A stretch of DNA of 64,000 bases from Octopus vulgaris (GCA_951406725.2 OX597820.1:81530001-81594000); one strand, 5' to 3'; shown: positions 1-13,980, counted from the first letter of the stretch. The notes: generated by a model not told the origin, from the sequence alone. Translations and numbers: made by a program.

Positions 1-820
1 CCTTCATCCCCCTCCTCCCCTTCATCCTCCCCCTCCTCTCCTCTTCCCCCTCTCCTCCCCCTCTTCTTCCCCTCCCCTTCTCTCCCCCCTCCCCATCCCC
101 CTCTCTCCCCATCCCCCTCTTCTCCTCACTACACCACATGACTTTACACATCACATCACATATGATGTGCCATACTAATACATACACCAACTAATACATA
201 CTAATACGTACTAATACATACTAGTACATACTAATACATACACCAACCCTATACATACACACGTCCAGACCCCGCATACGCACTTATACTCTCTCATACA
301 CACACACACACACTTATACATACTAATACGTACTAATACATACTAATACATACTAATACATACACCAACCCCATACATACGCACGTCCAGACCAATCCTA
401 CGCACTAATACTCTCTCATACACACACACACACACACACACACACCCTTATACATACTAATACATACACCAACCCTATACATACACACATCCAGACCCCT
501 CCTACGCACTATTAGCTGGTCCCTCAACCCTATTATCAACCCTATTATCTCCCCTTATTTCGCTCTCGCGTCTCATGTTTGATCTTTGACCTCTGGCCGA
601 AATCAGATCGCCATGTTGATTCGTTAGCTACTGCACGCATTTTTTTCTCTCCTTCTTTCTGTGTTTTTTTTTCTCTCTGTGTATCTTTCTGTTGAAGAGC
701 GTAGGCTCGAAACGTTAAAGACTTGTTTTATTTATATTTCCTGAGCGCCATACTAATACAATTGTTCGTTTGTTTTCCACCTGCCTTCGTCTTTTGTTTA
801 TTTTCATAAAGCTTCCCGTT
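1..820 (+). mobile_element. Penelope-like (PLE)-derived non-autonomous element 3' part: C/T-rich tract, CATACTAATA/CA-rich internal repeats, hammerhead, tail ending at (TA)n
   Basis: Hammerhead motif at 684-721 followed by TTTCCTGAGCGCC-ATACTAATA, also present after the related hammerhead at 59398-59432. The terminal segment TTCCACCTGCCTTCGTCTTTTG...AAAGCTTCCCGTTA(TA)n recurs at about 3700-3745 and 4053-4130. Confidence 0.6.
684..721 (+). ncRNA. Minimal type I hammerhead ribozyme, variant core (CUGUUGA + extra A)
   Basis: TCTTT-CTGTTGA-A-GAGC gtag GCTC-GAAA-CGTT-AAAGA: stem I TCTTT/AAAGA, stem II GAGC/GCTC, palindromic AACGTT stem III. Confidence 0.65.
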
Positions 821-1889
821 ATATATATATATATATATATATATAGGGAGATGAAGATCCTCGAGTGGCTGAAAGTTTGTGTGTGTGTGTCTGTGTGTGT
901 GTGTGTGTGTGTTACTACTAGATGTCACATTAACTTTTATGTGACGTAAATGTTTCAAAAATAATTCTTATATTTTAAATTAACTCTATAATTCTTCGAT
1001 ACGGTTCAATAACTCATGGTACCAAATACATAGAATCTCTAGGTTTATGGATTTAAACAAGGATCATATTCACAACAGCATCATAGACACTGCAAGGCAC
1101 TAAAATCATTATTTATGTCTTACAATAAAAGCCCAGCATCTTTGACTGCATAGAAGAAGCTTTAAGGCGGGAAGATACTTTCTGAGGCATAAGAGCCAAG
1201 CTTCGCAAAATACAACCAGATGATTTTTATAAAAAGGAGAACGGATTAAGTTCACCAATGACGATTTATATAACCATCTAAAAAATATATATTTCACTGA
1301 CTCGACACAATAAATAAAAGTCAATTCTTACACAAATTGCTTTACACCGTCTTACAAAAGAAACAACACATTAGATAACATGGCCTTATATATACATTAC
1401 TTTTTAGAATATGATATATGGCATAGGATATGGCATAGAATATGAGATAGGTCTGCTATCAGCTTGACAATCTCGAGCTAGAGAATACTCATTCAAGGCA
1501 CTCTTCAAAACAAATTTCATCGCCTTTAGAATCATACATTTTACTATAAAAATAATATAGAGTTATCTCCCTTGAATTTTTCGAGCCTAGGTTTCAAGGG
1601 AGACAACTTTAAACGTACGTTGAGATGTCGACATTTCTGGTTGGAATTCATTCGACGGACTATGACGGACTGGTGGCAAATCCTCGTAACTTAACTGGAC
1701 CTACATTCAAATTATTTTGTACGAAGCACCAATTCTTCCTTTCCACGCGGAAGTAAACACACACACGCACGTGTACTCAGATAACACATACACATTCACG
1801 CACACACATAGACACGCACACGCGCAATTTATATGTAAAAATGTCACACTTCAGGTTTTCTTCAATGTTTTCATATTGCCGGAAATTTC

Positions 1890-2097
1890 TATTAACACAA
1901 AACCGGCTATGGCTCGTAGTACAAATGTCTTGTTTTCATAGGTTTTGCATTAAAATATACCACCAAACCTTAGTCGCAATTTATGTTCCTAACGCTTGTT
2001 TAATGATAACTAAGTTATTTTACTAAATTCTTTGTTATATTTAAAATAATTGAAAGAAATACAGAGCATCTCAAAATAAATATAATAACGAAAAGTT
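1890..2097. mobile_element. Truncated copy of the MITE at 49909-50133
   Basis: Shares AAACCGGCT...GTACAAATGTCTTGTTTTCATA...CAGAGCATCTCAAAATAAATA..TAACGAAA with 49934-50130. Confidence 0.75.
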
Positions 2098-2487
2098 TCT
2101 GTTTATCCAGTATTGTACATCAACTGGTCCTTCTTGACAAGAGAAAACCGTGAGTTATTCATTCCCGTCTATTGAAATCTGCTACTGGCGAAATGGTACT
2201 CGCGGCATTCTGCCTATGAAGAACTCCTGCGAAGCTACGCTTTTCGCGTTCCTGAATAATTCTATTTATGCTCTTTTCTTTTTAAAACTATTTCACAAAT
2301 GTTTATTAGCCAGAGGGATAGTATTAATGCTGAGAGTTGATATCTTATATAGAATAAAACGTGATATGAGGCTTGTGGGTCACGCTGGGAGAGGGTAAAA
2401 CAAACTGAGTGCGAGCGGCTATAAGAGATGCTAATTGCAAGAGTAAAAAGTTTTGTTATGAAGTCGCGCGCGCACGCACACTCACTC

Positions 2488-2564
<77 letters not shown>

Positions 2565-2571
<7 letters not shown>

Positions 2572-3068
2572 TAGAGAAAAAGGGCAACACAAACCAAGGC
2601 AGGAAGAGTATCTGAAGTCATTTATAATAATTCAACTAGGGTAAGGTGAATTTGAAGTCTAACAGCTGTTTCAGGGATATCCCAAGTGAAAGACTAGCAT
2701 GTCCATACTCTGGGTATTTCGTCATCAGAGACAAAGTGGTGAGTATGTACGAAAGTTCTAGACAGAAATTCACAGTTTATAAGGAATAAAATAGAAGGAT
2801 AAAGAGTAAAAGTAGAGAGAAGAATACAGATAGTAAAACACAGAGGGTATGGAGGTTGGTCCATACTTCCGTGAAGATATAGGCCCTTAGGTATAATTCC
2901 AGGTAAATCCAGACAGTATTTTGGCAGTATTTTGATGATGCGCTCATGTTAAAGTAATGGATTAAGCTGTAAGACTTCAACTTCACCTTACTCTTATTAA
3001 ATTATTATAAATGACTTGAGATACTCGCCCTACCTTGGTTTTTGTTGCCCTTTTCCTCTAATATATAC
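2565..3068 (-). mobile_element. Hammerhead-bearing mini-element with ~100-bp terminal inverted repeats (PLE-like)
   Basis: 2565-2667 is the reverse complement, with scattered mismatches, of 2965-3068. A minus-strand hammerhead overlaps the inner end of the left arm, and the element abuts (TA)n. Confidence 0.7.
2657..2732 (-). ncRNA. Type I hammerhead ribozyme with extended stem II
   Basis: Minus strand: GTCT-CTGATGA-(~50 nt)-GAAA-CAGCTGT-T-AGAC; stem I GTCT/AGAC, palindrome ACAGCTGT as stem III. Confidence 0.7.
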
Positions 3069-3341
3069 CTACTAACAAGGAAGCCTAATACAGAACCCTA
3101 GCTCCAGCCTCAGCTGTGAAAGTGGAACCTAATGGATGCCCAATTATAGCACTTACTCAGCGTAACTATTCGTTTAGACCAACAATGAACTAAACCCATC
3201 ATATTATGTCTGTCTGTCTCTCTCTCTCCCTCATTCACTCTCCCTCATTCACTCTCCCTCATTCACTCTCTCTCCCCCTCTTTCTCTCTCCCTCTCTCTC
3301 TCTCTCTATATATATATATAGAGAGAGAGAGAGAGCGAGCG

Positions 3342-4263
<922 letters not shown>

Positions 4264-4288
4264 ATATATATACATACATATATAAATA

Positions 4289-4381
<93 letters not shown>

Positions 4382-4384
<3 letters not shown>

Positions 4385-4873
4385 GAGGTGCAATGGCCCA
4401 GTGGTTAGGGCAGCGGACTCGGGGACGTAGGATCGCGGTTTCGATTCCCAGACCGGGCATTGTGAGTGTTTATAGAGCAAAAACACCTAAACCATCACGA
4501 GGCTCCGGCAGGGGGCGGGGTGAACCCTGCTGTGCTCTTTCCCCACAACTTTCTCTCACATTTTCTTCCTGTTTATGTTGTACTTGTATTTCCAAGGGCC
4601 AGTATTGTCACACTGTGTCTCGCTGAATCTCCCTGAGAACTACGTTAAAGGTACACGCGTCTGTGAAATGCTCGGCTAATTGCACGTTAATAAATGACCT
4701 GCGACGTCACTGGTGCCAAGCTGTATCGGCCTTTGCTTTTCTCTTGGCGTGGAAAGGGCAGGTTGCTGGTCTTCCATAAACAATGTTGCCCAGTCTTGTG
4801 CCTCGGTGGGTAACTTTCTAGGTGCAATCCCATGGTCATTCATGACTGAAGGGAGTCACAACAACAACAACAA
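4382..4873 (+). mobile_element. tRNA-derived SINE with (CAA)n tail
   Basis: A box TGGCCCAGTGG, B-box-like GTTTCGATTCC, ends in ACAACAACAAC; a related head occurs inverted at 5547-5650. Confidence 0.8.
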
Positions 4874-5022
4874 TATACATGCATACATACATATATACAT
4901 ACATACACACACACACACATATATATATATGAGGGACGGAAGGTGAATCTTCTGGTCACGGAGGAGACGCACCCTCCCTCAATTGAGAGCCAAAAAAAGG
5001 GAAAAGGAAGAGAAACGAGATA

Positions 5023-5436
5023 TTGCCGGCAGTCGGTGACTTAGCACCGGAATGTCCCGGAACCTTGCCGGTAGGGGTTGTGCCACCGACAGGAAAAGAG
5101 ACACCATTGGGGGCAACTGTGCCGCCAGCGGTAAAATTGACTACCTCGAACCCGGATGAAGAAAAACTATTGGCCTTCTTCTACAGATGCGGAGAGGTAG
5201 AAGAGGTGGTGGAAAAGCAACATAAGGGAATACCTTTCACCTTCACACAGGATCCCGACTGGCCTCCGCAGATAGCTGTGGAGGTCATAACGGTGTCTGT
5301 GGGGTTTAGGTTGCATGAACTCAATGAGGAATATCGCTTGTGGCCGGGCGACGCCGGCTCGGATCCCGCCTTGGTCATGAATGAGGCGTGGGGGATGGTG
5401 GAGTATACGGGCACAAACGATGTCGGGGAGGAATAA
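5023..5436 (+). pseudogene. Possible LINE ORF1 (RRM-like) remnant
   Basis: PDEEKLLAFFYRCGEVEEVVEKQHKGIP resembles the RRM of L1/Tx1 ORF1; GC-richer than the flanks. Confidence 0.35.
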
Positions 5437-5546
5437 GGACAAGAAGTTGAAACGCCTCAGTGTTATAATGTTTAATGTTTGTTGCATGTTATTGTGTTTA
5501 AGAGGCTTATATTCGCTATTACCTTCTGTCGGAGCCGCTTGGAGAT

Positions 5547-5650
5547 TAGGTGTTTCGCTCATAAACACACACATCGCCCAGTCTGAGATTCGAACCTGCG
5601 ATTCCTCGACCGCGTTTCCGCTGCTCTAACCACTAGGCCATGTGCCTCCA
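5547..5650 (-). mobile_element. tRNA-derived SINE head
   Basis: Minus strand TGGAGGCACATGGCCTAGTGGTTAGAGCAGCGG...GGTTCGAATCTC (A and B boxes). Confidence 0.75.
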
Positions 5651-5845
5651 CATACATATATATACACATATATATATATACATATTTTTTAAAATTTTAT
5701 TTTATCTAGTTTCAGCTCACGAGCTGTGGCCATGCTGGGGCATATATATATATATATACATGCATATACATATATACATATATATACATAAACATACATA
5801 TATACATATATACATACATATATACATATATACATACATACATAC

Positions 5846-5914
<69 letters not shown>

Positions 5915-5954
5915 ATATAGATAGATAGATAGATAGATAGATATACGAAAGTCT

Positions 5955-6960
5955 CTGCAACACATTCGTATCGTCTGCGTAGCTTGCAAGGGTGGCTATC
6001 TGGGCACGTGAGGGCATATCTGAGAGGGCCACTATAAAAAGCAGTGGGCCCAAGACAATGCCCTGTGGAACACCGCTCACTATTTGTGTTTTCAGAGAGG
6101 TGGCTCCATTAGCCACTACTGCCTGATTTCTATCTTTCAGAATGTCATGCGACCACTCTCCAAGTTTTCCAGCTATGCCGAGATCACGCAGTTTGTGGCA
6201 TATCATACCATTCGCCACTTTGTCAAAAGCTTTTACAAAATCAATTATATTACATCCACATTAGAGTTATTGAGTAACTGCCTCAGCACCTAGTCATAAT
6301 GCTGTAAGAGCTGTGTCATGCATCTCCTACCTGGTCGAAATTCCATACTGGATATAACTCAGCAAGTTATTTTCTTCGAGGAATACGATTAGTTTTCCTC
6401 TGACTATCCGTTCCCTGACTTTGCTGATGTGTGAAATCAAAGAGATAGGCATACTGTTTTTGGCATCTGCCCTGCTTCCCCCTTTATGGATTGGGCATAT
6501 TATTCCCTCCTTCAGCTTGCTTGGCAGTCTGCCATTTGCAAGAAAGCTTTGGAAGAGTATCTGGAGGTGTTTTGCCAGGGCATGCTTACACAACTTGAGG
6601 AGGATTGCTGGGAAACCATCAGGACCAGCAGTTGAGTTTGTGTCCACTTCATCTATGGCTATATCTTCTTCGCTAATGTCGATGTATTCCATCGTAACTG
6701 CTGCACTGGTTATAGGTGAGGCGACAAAGAAGTCTACTGGTTCGTTCACTTGTCTGTGTTCCAACGAGGTGGTAAAGACACTTTTGAACTTGTCATTCAG
6801 TACCTCACTGATCCTAGTTAGACTATCTGTTGGGGAGCCATTCTTTTGGAGAAGGGGTTCTATCTTGCAGAGTACTGAGGCTGTTTCTCTCGAGTAATGA
6901 AAGAAGGTTTTTGAGTTTGACTTAATGTATTTTATAACCCAAGCTTCCTTGTTTGCTCTC
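5955..6960 (-). mobile_element. CR1/L2-group LINE reverse transcriptase remnant
   Basis: [48 protein letters not shown]; frameshifted. Confidence 0.9.
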
Positions 6961-6964
6961 TCTT

Positions 6965-8560
6965 AGCGTCCTTATACCGTATTTCTGATGCTGAGGCGAC
7001 AGTTTCTGGAAACTTCAGCTTCCTCCTTAGGTCGTCAGTTTTCAGATCACGGTCTTTTGCTGTTGCATATAGATTCGGAGTGGTGAACTCGGTAGCCCTT
7101 CTTCGTTGGGTGGTGGTGCTTGTAATGGTTAAACTCCCTTCGGATGGTGTCTGTTGTGACCTTATAAATCAGCTCATGTCTCGAACAGTAGCGTCCTTCA
7201 CACAAGACATTTGGACAGTTACTGAGGATGTGCTTCAAGGTTCCTCTCTTAGAGCTAACTAATTCAATATTCTCTTGCAGAACATGATTGTTAGATTTAG
7301 TATCGTAAATTCCTTGAATTATGAATTTTATCCAGTGGAGCTACGCTTTTCAAATGTGGGCCATGCAACTTTGTATATTATCGTTTGGTCTCATTTTAAC
7401 CAGTCTCCATGGCGCCTCATCCCAACAGACGTGCTGGCTCGTACCTCATCAATCGATGCTCGCACTTCATTCAAGATTAGTAGCCTCCTGTCCTCTCTTT
7501 GTACATTGTTATAATGAGATATTGTAGTGTTACACAGGCCAGCCCTTATACGAAGTACAACACCCACGAATGCTCCGTCCATTGCTCTCCTCTTCCATCC
7601 TGTATTGGCCTTAATGTCAGCCTTAGAAATTTAAAGGTGGTAGGATTTTGGTATTATAAAACCTTCTCAGGACAGTTAGCCACAAGTTCTACTCTTAGAC
7701 TGGTGATGGGAGCTTCAACTTCTTATTCTATCCTTGCAAGGAGGCACTCTACAAGTACCAAGGAAGTCTTAGCCATTTCCACAGGAACCTGATGACCTTC
7801 CCCCACGAAGCTCTCCATTGTAGATATATACCTATTTTACAAAGATCGGCCAAAGAATCCATGTGAGGATGCCATGTCGTTAAATCTAAGTCTTAAACAT
7901 GTCCACTGTGAATAGTCAGACTTCCAATTGTTGGTTTCACGGATGGATGGTGTGTCTCTCAGGTTCTGTTAAACAACTGTCCCAGGATCTTCATTGGTTT
8001 CTCTTGATGGATAGTATCTGTATACTACTGATCAGCATATCTGGACTTAACTGGTTTCAAACTCATTCAGCCCAAACCATCAACTCAGGAAGCTATTTTG
8101 GATAGTTCTGCCTCTCGTGACTTATGTTGTTGTCATAGTTAGAACATCGATAAAAGCTTTAATAGGGAGCTACTGAGTAACCAGACATGAAGAGATCCAT
8201 CTGCACAACACTCCCACCAACTTTACAAACATGTTCATTGCAAGCGCGAAAAGAGAGGCTGAAGTGGTACATTCAGTGATAAGGCTTCTTTTTCGATATT
8301 TTGCCAATCTGATGTCGGGGAAGCGGCAGAAACTTTTAGACTGCAGCAGAATGAGAACTTTGAACCTGTCTGAGACATGGTGCCAGTTTAGGGCCTCTTT
8401 AAGCAATATATGGGTTATGGAACCATAGGCCTTTTCAAGATCAAACCACAACACTTCTCTCGACTTCCTTTATTCTCTCTGGCTTCCCTGATTAACTGGG
8501 TAGCCACATTTAAGCGTTCCAGTCATCCTAACCCCTTTGGAATATTTGGTCTCTGAACTG
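6965..8560 (-). mobile_element. Degenerate RLE-type non-LTR retrotransposon (HERO-like)
   Basis: WFDLEKAYGSITH (RT motif) and TLKHILSNCP...GRY..RH (CCHC knuckle region); many stops. Confidence 0.7.
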
Positions 8561-8569
8561 AGACATCGA

Positions 8570-10320
8570 CCTATCACAAAAATGGCTAGTCGTAGCTTGC
8601 AGTCATCATGTTTCTATGTATGTCATTATTCAGTTTATTTCAAGATTTCTTGCCAATAGAGAAAGAACCGGTTTCTAACCTAGATCCAAGGGTCCTTCAT
8701 TTCAACATCTTTCATTTCAACATCAACAACAGAGTATGTATGTATGTATGTATGTATGTATGTATGTATGTATGTATGTATGTATGTATGTATGTATGTA
8801 TGTATGTATGTATGTATATATGTATGTATGCATGCATGCATGCATGCATGTATGTATGTATGTATGTATGTATGTATGCATGTATGTATGCATGTGCAGA
8901 TTTATTTCTTTTATGTATGTATTCTCATACATATTTAAATGATAAACTTCTGGAAAGTTTTACGGATTTTTACTGTTCCAGTGATGGATTAGATTTATAG
9001 TTTTCGAATTAGCTTTCTCCTTTCTGATTTTGAGAAGCTTAATTTCTCAAGATTGGCATTTAGACAGTGTTTTATATATCCAAGGGCCCCAATAATTACA
9101 AGTATAAACTTGAACTTGTAATCTAGATAGAGTAACTGGATATTTCTCAATGGTTCTGCATAGGTATTCTGTTTTTCACTGATCTTCAGCTTTACGTTAA
9201 CATCCGCTGGGCAGCTAATTTCCACAACTGTGCTCAGTTTCTCTTCTCTATCCCAAATCATTACATCAGATTTGTTGTGCTTACATTTTATTGAGGTCAT
9301 CACTGGTACATTTCACCAGTATTCCTTTTTATCATGAGTGACTATGTGTTCTACAATATTGTGGCTTGTTATTTCTTTGTCCTCGGCATTATCTTTCCGA
9401 AGGATTTTATTTTAGAGTGTCCTAGCTACAACATCATGTCACATCGGTAGATAATACGTGATGACATTTTCGGACAACTGTTTATGATGTGGGTGATATC
9501 TTCAGTGTGAACTCCACAAACTTTGCTTCTGTTGTCACATTTTACTGCTTTTCCTGCATCTCTATCCCTTTTGTGCATCAGGTACTTGGTTGACATTTCC
9601 TGTTCTTCGATTGCAAACGCATACCCTTCAAAGTGGGAGGTAGTAATCCGGCTATTGGTCCATGATAAACTGCTTTGATGATCGATATTACTATCATCAC
9701 AGAGCTTTCTACTGACGTATCTGAATAGTCTTCTGCTCATATAGGCTCATCCTTTCATCTGATAGTACGTTGCGGTAAAGTCGGGCGACTTCTTTGGGCA
9801 TGTATTCTCGGTTATCCAAGTCTTATGATGTTATCAGCATCACGTATGCAAACTTGTTCAAGGGATGCACTTCGACACTTGGTGGTTAGATGTTCCCGAA
9901 GGGATATGATGCGACATTCAAAGGCATTTTGGATGTTAAGCCTCTGTCGCCTTGTTTTCGTTTTAGCTAGAGGCAGTCTACGTCACTGATTATGTGGAAA
10001 TTATGTGTGCTGTTAGTATTTTTCGGGTTTTCACATTAATGGCTCGAATTTCAAGTGCCCAATCAAGCAGCCCAAATGTTGATATAAGTATTGGCACTGT
10101 AAACATATTGTGGGCCACTGTTTTATTGAATGCAGAGTTCTGAGGTCCAAATTATCTTTATTCGGCTGTAATATTCTTTACTGACACGTGTTTTGTTACA
10201 GGTGCCATTGTAAGATATATGTTCATCCACCCCTAGATACCTGTAACATTCCTTGTCAGATACACAGGAAACAGTCAAATCAATGATAGAGATGTTACTA
10301 GAATGGTTTATAGTTTTCCC
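8570..10320 (-). mobile_element. R4/Dong-like RLE LINE 3' part, with (GTAT)n expansion in the putative 3' UTR
   Basis: GYAFAIEEQEMSTKYL, CDNRSKVC..HTEDITHIINSCP, HNKSDVMIWDREEK..VEISCPADVN, IIGALG. Confidence 0.8.
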
Positions 10321-10453
10321 CTATTCACAACCATATAACAACATTTATTCTATATATATGTATGTATGTATGTGACTGTACATGCATTTGTAATCTGAGT
10401 GTGAATGTATGTATATACATACATGTATATATATATATGTATGTATGTATATG

Positions 10454-10490
<37 letters not shown>

Positions 10491-10509
10491 ATATATGTAT
10501 ATGTATATG

Positions 10510-10546
<37 letters not shown>

Positions 10547-10779
10547 GCACACGCACAAAGTGAATTCGTTTTTGAGTACGTGGTTATATAAATTATGTAT
10601 AAATATGGGAAAAATATGTATAAACTCTTCGTATGTGCATACACAATTCTTTTCTTTCTTCTTCATACAACCACTACCACCACAGGTACGATACACAGAT
10701 TTATGTGTGTTTGTATATTGATGTAAAATTATGATGAGAAAAATGACAAATCTATCTGTCTATCTCCCTCTCTTCCCCG

Positions 10780-10858
<79 letters not shown>

Positions 10859-11219
10859 GTATATATATATATGTATTTCTACATATCCACACACACACAC
10901 ACATATATATATACACACAAATATACATATTTGTACTTATAAAAAATGTCAGAATTTGTTTGTACCTGTATGTATGTATTATACTGTTAATGTGTATGAG
11001 AGAGAAAACGAGAAGTAGGAAAAATACAAACTCATGTATGTTAAAAAGATCTGTGTGTCTCTGGAAATATAAGCACAAAGACTCGTACATGCACATACAT
11101 ACACACACATTTACAAGTGCTTATGTATATAAACATTTCTAACAATATGTATCCGTTTGCATATATGCACAGCTTTACACAAAATTATGTATATACGATA
11201 TATGTACAGACAAAAATAA

Positions 11220-11255
<36 letters not shown>

Positions 11256-12094
11256 AAATGTTAGTATGTGTGTATATGTATATATATGTATATTGATAGA
11301 TAGTTATATGAATGTATCTACATATATACGTATTATATACGTACATGTATGTATGTGTGTATGTGTGGGTGTATGTGTGTGTGTGTTAGTATTGAAAACA
11401 GCTCAGCTTGGCATCCAACAGTGGCGCCATCTAGTCACTATCAGAAAATGTTTGGAATGTCCTGCTGAGGTTTATTCGTAAGACAACGTAAGAAAAAACA
11501 AAAAATAAATACGTATAGGAAACAAGCATGTATGAAATAACCGGAACTAAATGATAAACATAATAATCTTAATAGTAATAATATTATTATTACAACAAAA
11601 ACAATAAGATAAATCTAAAGATCAAGGACTATAACCATTATTGTAAATTTAAGAACAAAACCAAAACAGTATTAACAACAACAACAACGATAGCAGCAGC
11701 GGTAACAGCAGCAGCAGCAGTAGTAGTAGCAACAGCAACAAGAACAACAATAATAGTTGTAGTAATAATTTTTTCTTTTTTTTTTGCCACATTGGTATGA
11801 GATGAGGGGGACATTATAAGGACAGTTTGTAATTTGTTTTGGGGTTTACGTAAAGGTTAGGAGAAAGGAAAGAAAATTCGGTTATATGAGATAATGTATC
11901 TGAACACAAGACTGATGCTGTCCTTCTGATATAAGAGTCCCTCCAACTAGGGTCATTCAAGGAACCCCATGGATCTAGGATCACCCTAACCACCAAATAG
12001 GTATGAGCCCTCGCACATCTGTTGCTCTCCAATATACAGTGCAAGCTTGGGGTAGGTTATTTTTGTCACGCTCACCTATCTTTTTACAAATTCG

Positions 12095-12196
<102 letters not shown>

Positions 12197-12269
12197 CATA
12201 GACAGAGAGACAGACAGACAGAGACAGAGAGACAGACAGACAGAGACAGAGACAGAGACAGAGAGAGCA

Positions 12270-13510
12270 TTTTCTTCTCCACTCCCACATTCCTCTGCAA
12301 GTGGAAGTTATAAAAAAGGCGAAGAGAGAAGTTATCTTTGCCAAGCTTCGTCCACAACACAACCTGTTTCTACCATAGCCACCTGATAGAAAAAGACCGC
12401 CTGTTCTGCCTTATTTAAGGTGGATGGTGGAATGATCCCCATGTAGGACTCGGTAGATAGTCAGATTCGTCCTGCACACGACAGCAGCAATTTTTGATAT
12501 AAGTTATCAATGTTCGGTAGCATTGCCAGGTCAGATATTTCGTGAGGTTATCCATGGTAGTTCCCGAACCATAAGTCCTCTGAAATAGTCTAGCTAGTTC
12601 GTCCTCGGCAACACTCAGACTTTCCTAGAAAACGTCATCTCTCTTACCTCCTACGTAGAAATTCCACCGACCGCATTGCTCAACTGGTAGAGGTTAGTGA
12701 GCGCTGACGACATTGCAGGGGCCAGGCGACCAATCTTGGTCTTTTCTTAATTCATGATTACAGCTCCATCAAAGAGATGAGCTACAGAAAAATGCGTTGC
12801 AAACGGCGGCAACACCGGTTCATCGTCCAACAAAATCTGTAGGTGTAGTCTCAGCGCGTGTCTGCACATTAACATCCACAGCATACCAAACCCGCCCTCA
12901 AGAGAACGCTAGCAACAGATGGAGCACCAGTAGAACGTATCCTTTTCACAGGAAGCGGAAAAGTAGACGCTCCAGTCTCGCTAAACGTGGATTGGTGGGT
13001 AAGTCAACGGTCAGTCGTTGCACTTACCCATCACTAATCCTCTATATACTGTATTGCTAAAGTGGAACATCCACCGATCCTGTTACCCGACTGGTAGAGA
13101 GCTGTGAGTGTTTGACGACATTCTTGGTGCCAGGCGCTCAGTCTCTGTCTTTTCTTTACTCAGGAGACGAACTGTAGAAAGATGTGCCTCACAAACGGAG
13201 CTGACCCACGTTCACCGTCTAGAAATCATTGCAGATGGTGCAACGTGAGCGGGTGCCTGCGCATCAGAAGCCATGTTATGCCTAAGCCGCCATGCAGAGA
13301 ATACTGACATCAGACTGACTACTTAACCACTGGAATGTTCCCTTCCACAAGAAAATAAATAAGAGACGCTCCAGTCTCATCACACAGTAACCGAGGTAGG
13401 GCACGACAGTCAACTGAAAAATGATGATGGAGGTGATGTAAGCATTCGCCACTTCTGCCCGACTTTTCAGGGACGGATTCCACTCTGCATCTTTCTGGAA
13501 ACGGGTGTTT
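12270..13510 (-). mobile_element. Two degenerate L1/Tx1-like ORF2 fragments
   Basis: SLKSRAEVANAYITSIIIFQLTVVP...RLERLLFIFLWKG; 12660-12810 and 13068-13200 are diverged copies of the same segment. Confidence 0.65.
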
Positions 13511-13514
13511 TGCT

Positions 13515-13775
13515 CATCCTTAAACAACCCTTATTCTGGGATCTTTTGAGCGAGATGGGCTACTCAACCTGAACAAAATTCTAACTGGGCCCCCACCTGC
13601 AATGTCATGCGCTGTTTATCTAAAAATGAGATCACCCTGTCACGCACATATGGTTGTGATGCATGTGCCTGGTGTACTCTTATCAGACGGGTAGTCATGA
13701 TGGGTATATTGGGCTTCGTATATTTTACTCCAGTCACACTTTGATGGCATGCACTGCTCTGTCACTCAATAATGA
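13515..13775 (+). mobile_element. Dispersed SINE-like family ending in (AAT)n, copy 1 of 3
   Basis: Shared core AAATTCTAACTGGGCCCC...CATATGGTTGTGATGCATGTGCC...GCACTGCTCT also at 37985-38335 and 62727-63040. Confidence 0.85.
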
Positions 13776-13818
13776 TTATAAATTATAAAGACTGACGTAA
13801 CTCTTCACGAAGATAAAA

Positions 13819-13979
13819 AGACAATAAGAAGAGCGCGTTGCGATTTGTAATAGATTGCTTATTTTGCAGTTATTCACGTTACATTTTGGACCTGAAGAAG
13901 ACAGATGATCTGTTGAAATATTGTTCAGACTGTAAAATAAACAATCTATTACAAATAGCATCGCGCTCTTCTTACTGTC

Positions 13980-13980
<1 letters not shown>
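13819..13980 (+). mobile_element. Fold-back mini-element: ~52-bp inverted arms enclosing a hammerhead
   Basis: AGACAATAAGAAGAGCGCG...TTTTGCAGT (13819-13870) pairs with ACTGTAAAAT...CGCGCTCTTCTTACTGTCT (13929-13980). Confidence 0.75.
13887..13927 (+). ncRNA. Minimal type I hammerhead ribozyme
   Basis: TGGAC-CTGAAGA-A-GACAGA tga TCTGTT-GAAA-TATT-GTTCA: stem I TGGAC/GTTCA (one GU pair), 6-bp stem II, palindrome AATATT. Confidence 0.75.

Noticed and set aside
171-510. CRISPR-like regularly spaced repeats
   Set aside because: Eukaryotic context; the units are degenerate tandem copies without unique spacers
990-1330. Possible coding exon
   Set aside because: Stops in the frames inspected and no recognisable motif or clear splice signals
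6995-7040. CTGACGA...GAAACTGTC on the minus strand
   Set aside because: Lies within LINE coding sequence with no supporting stems I or II; likely chance
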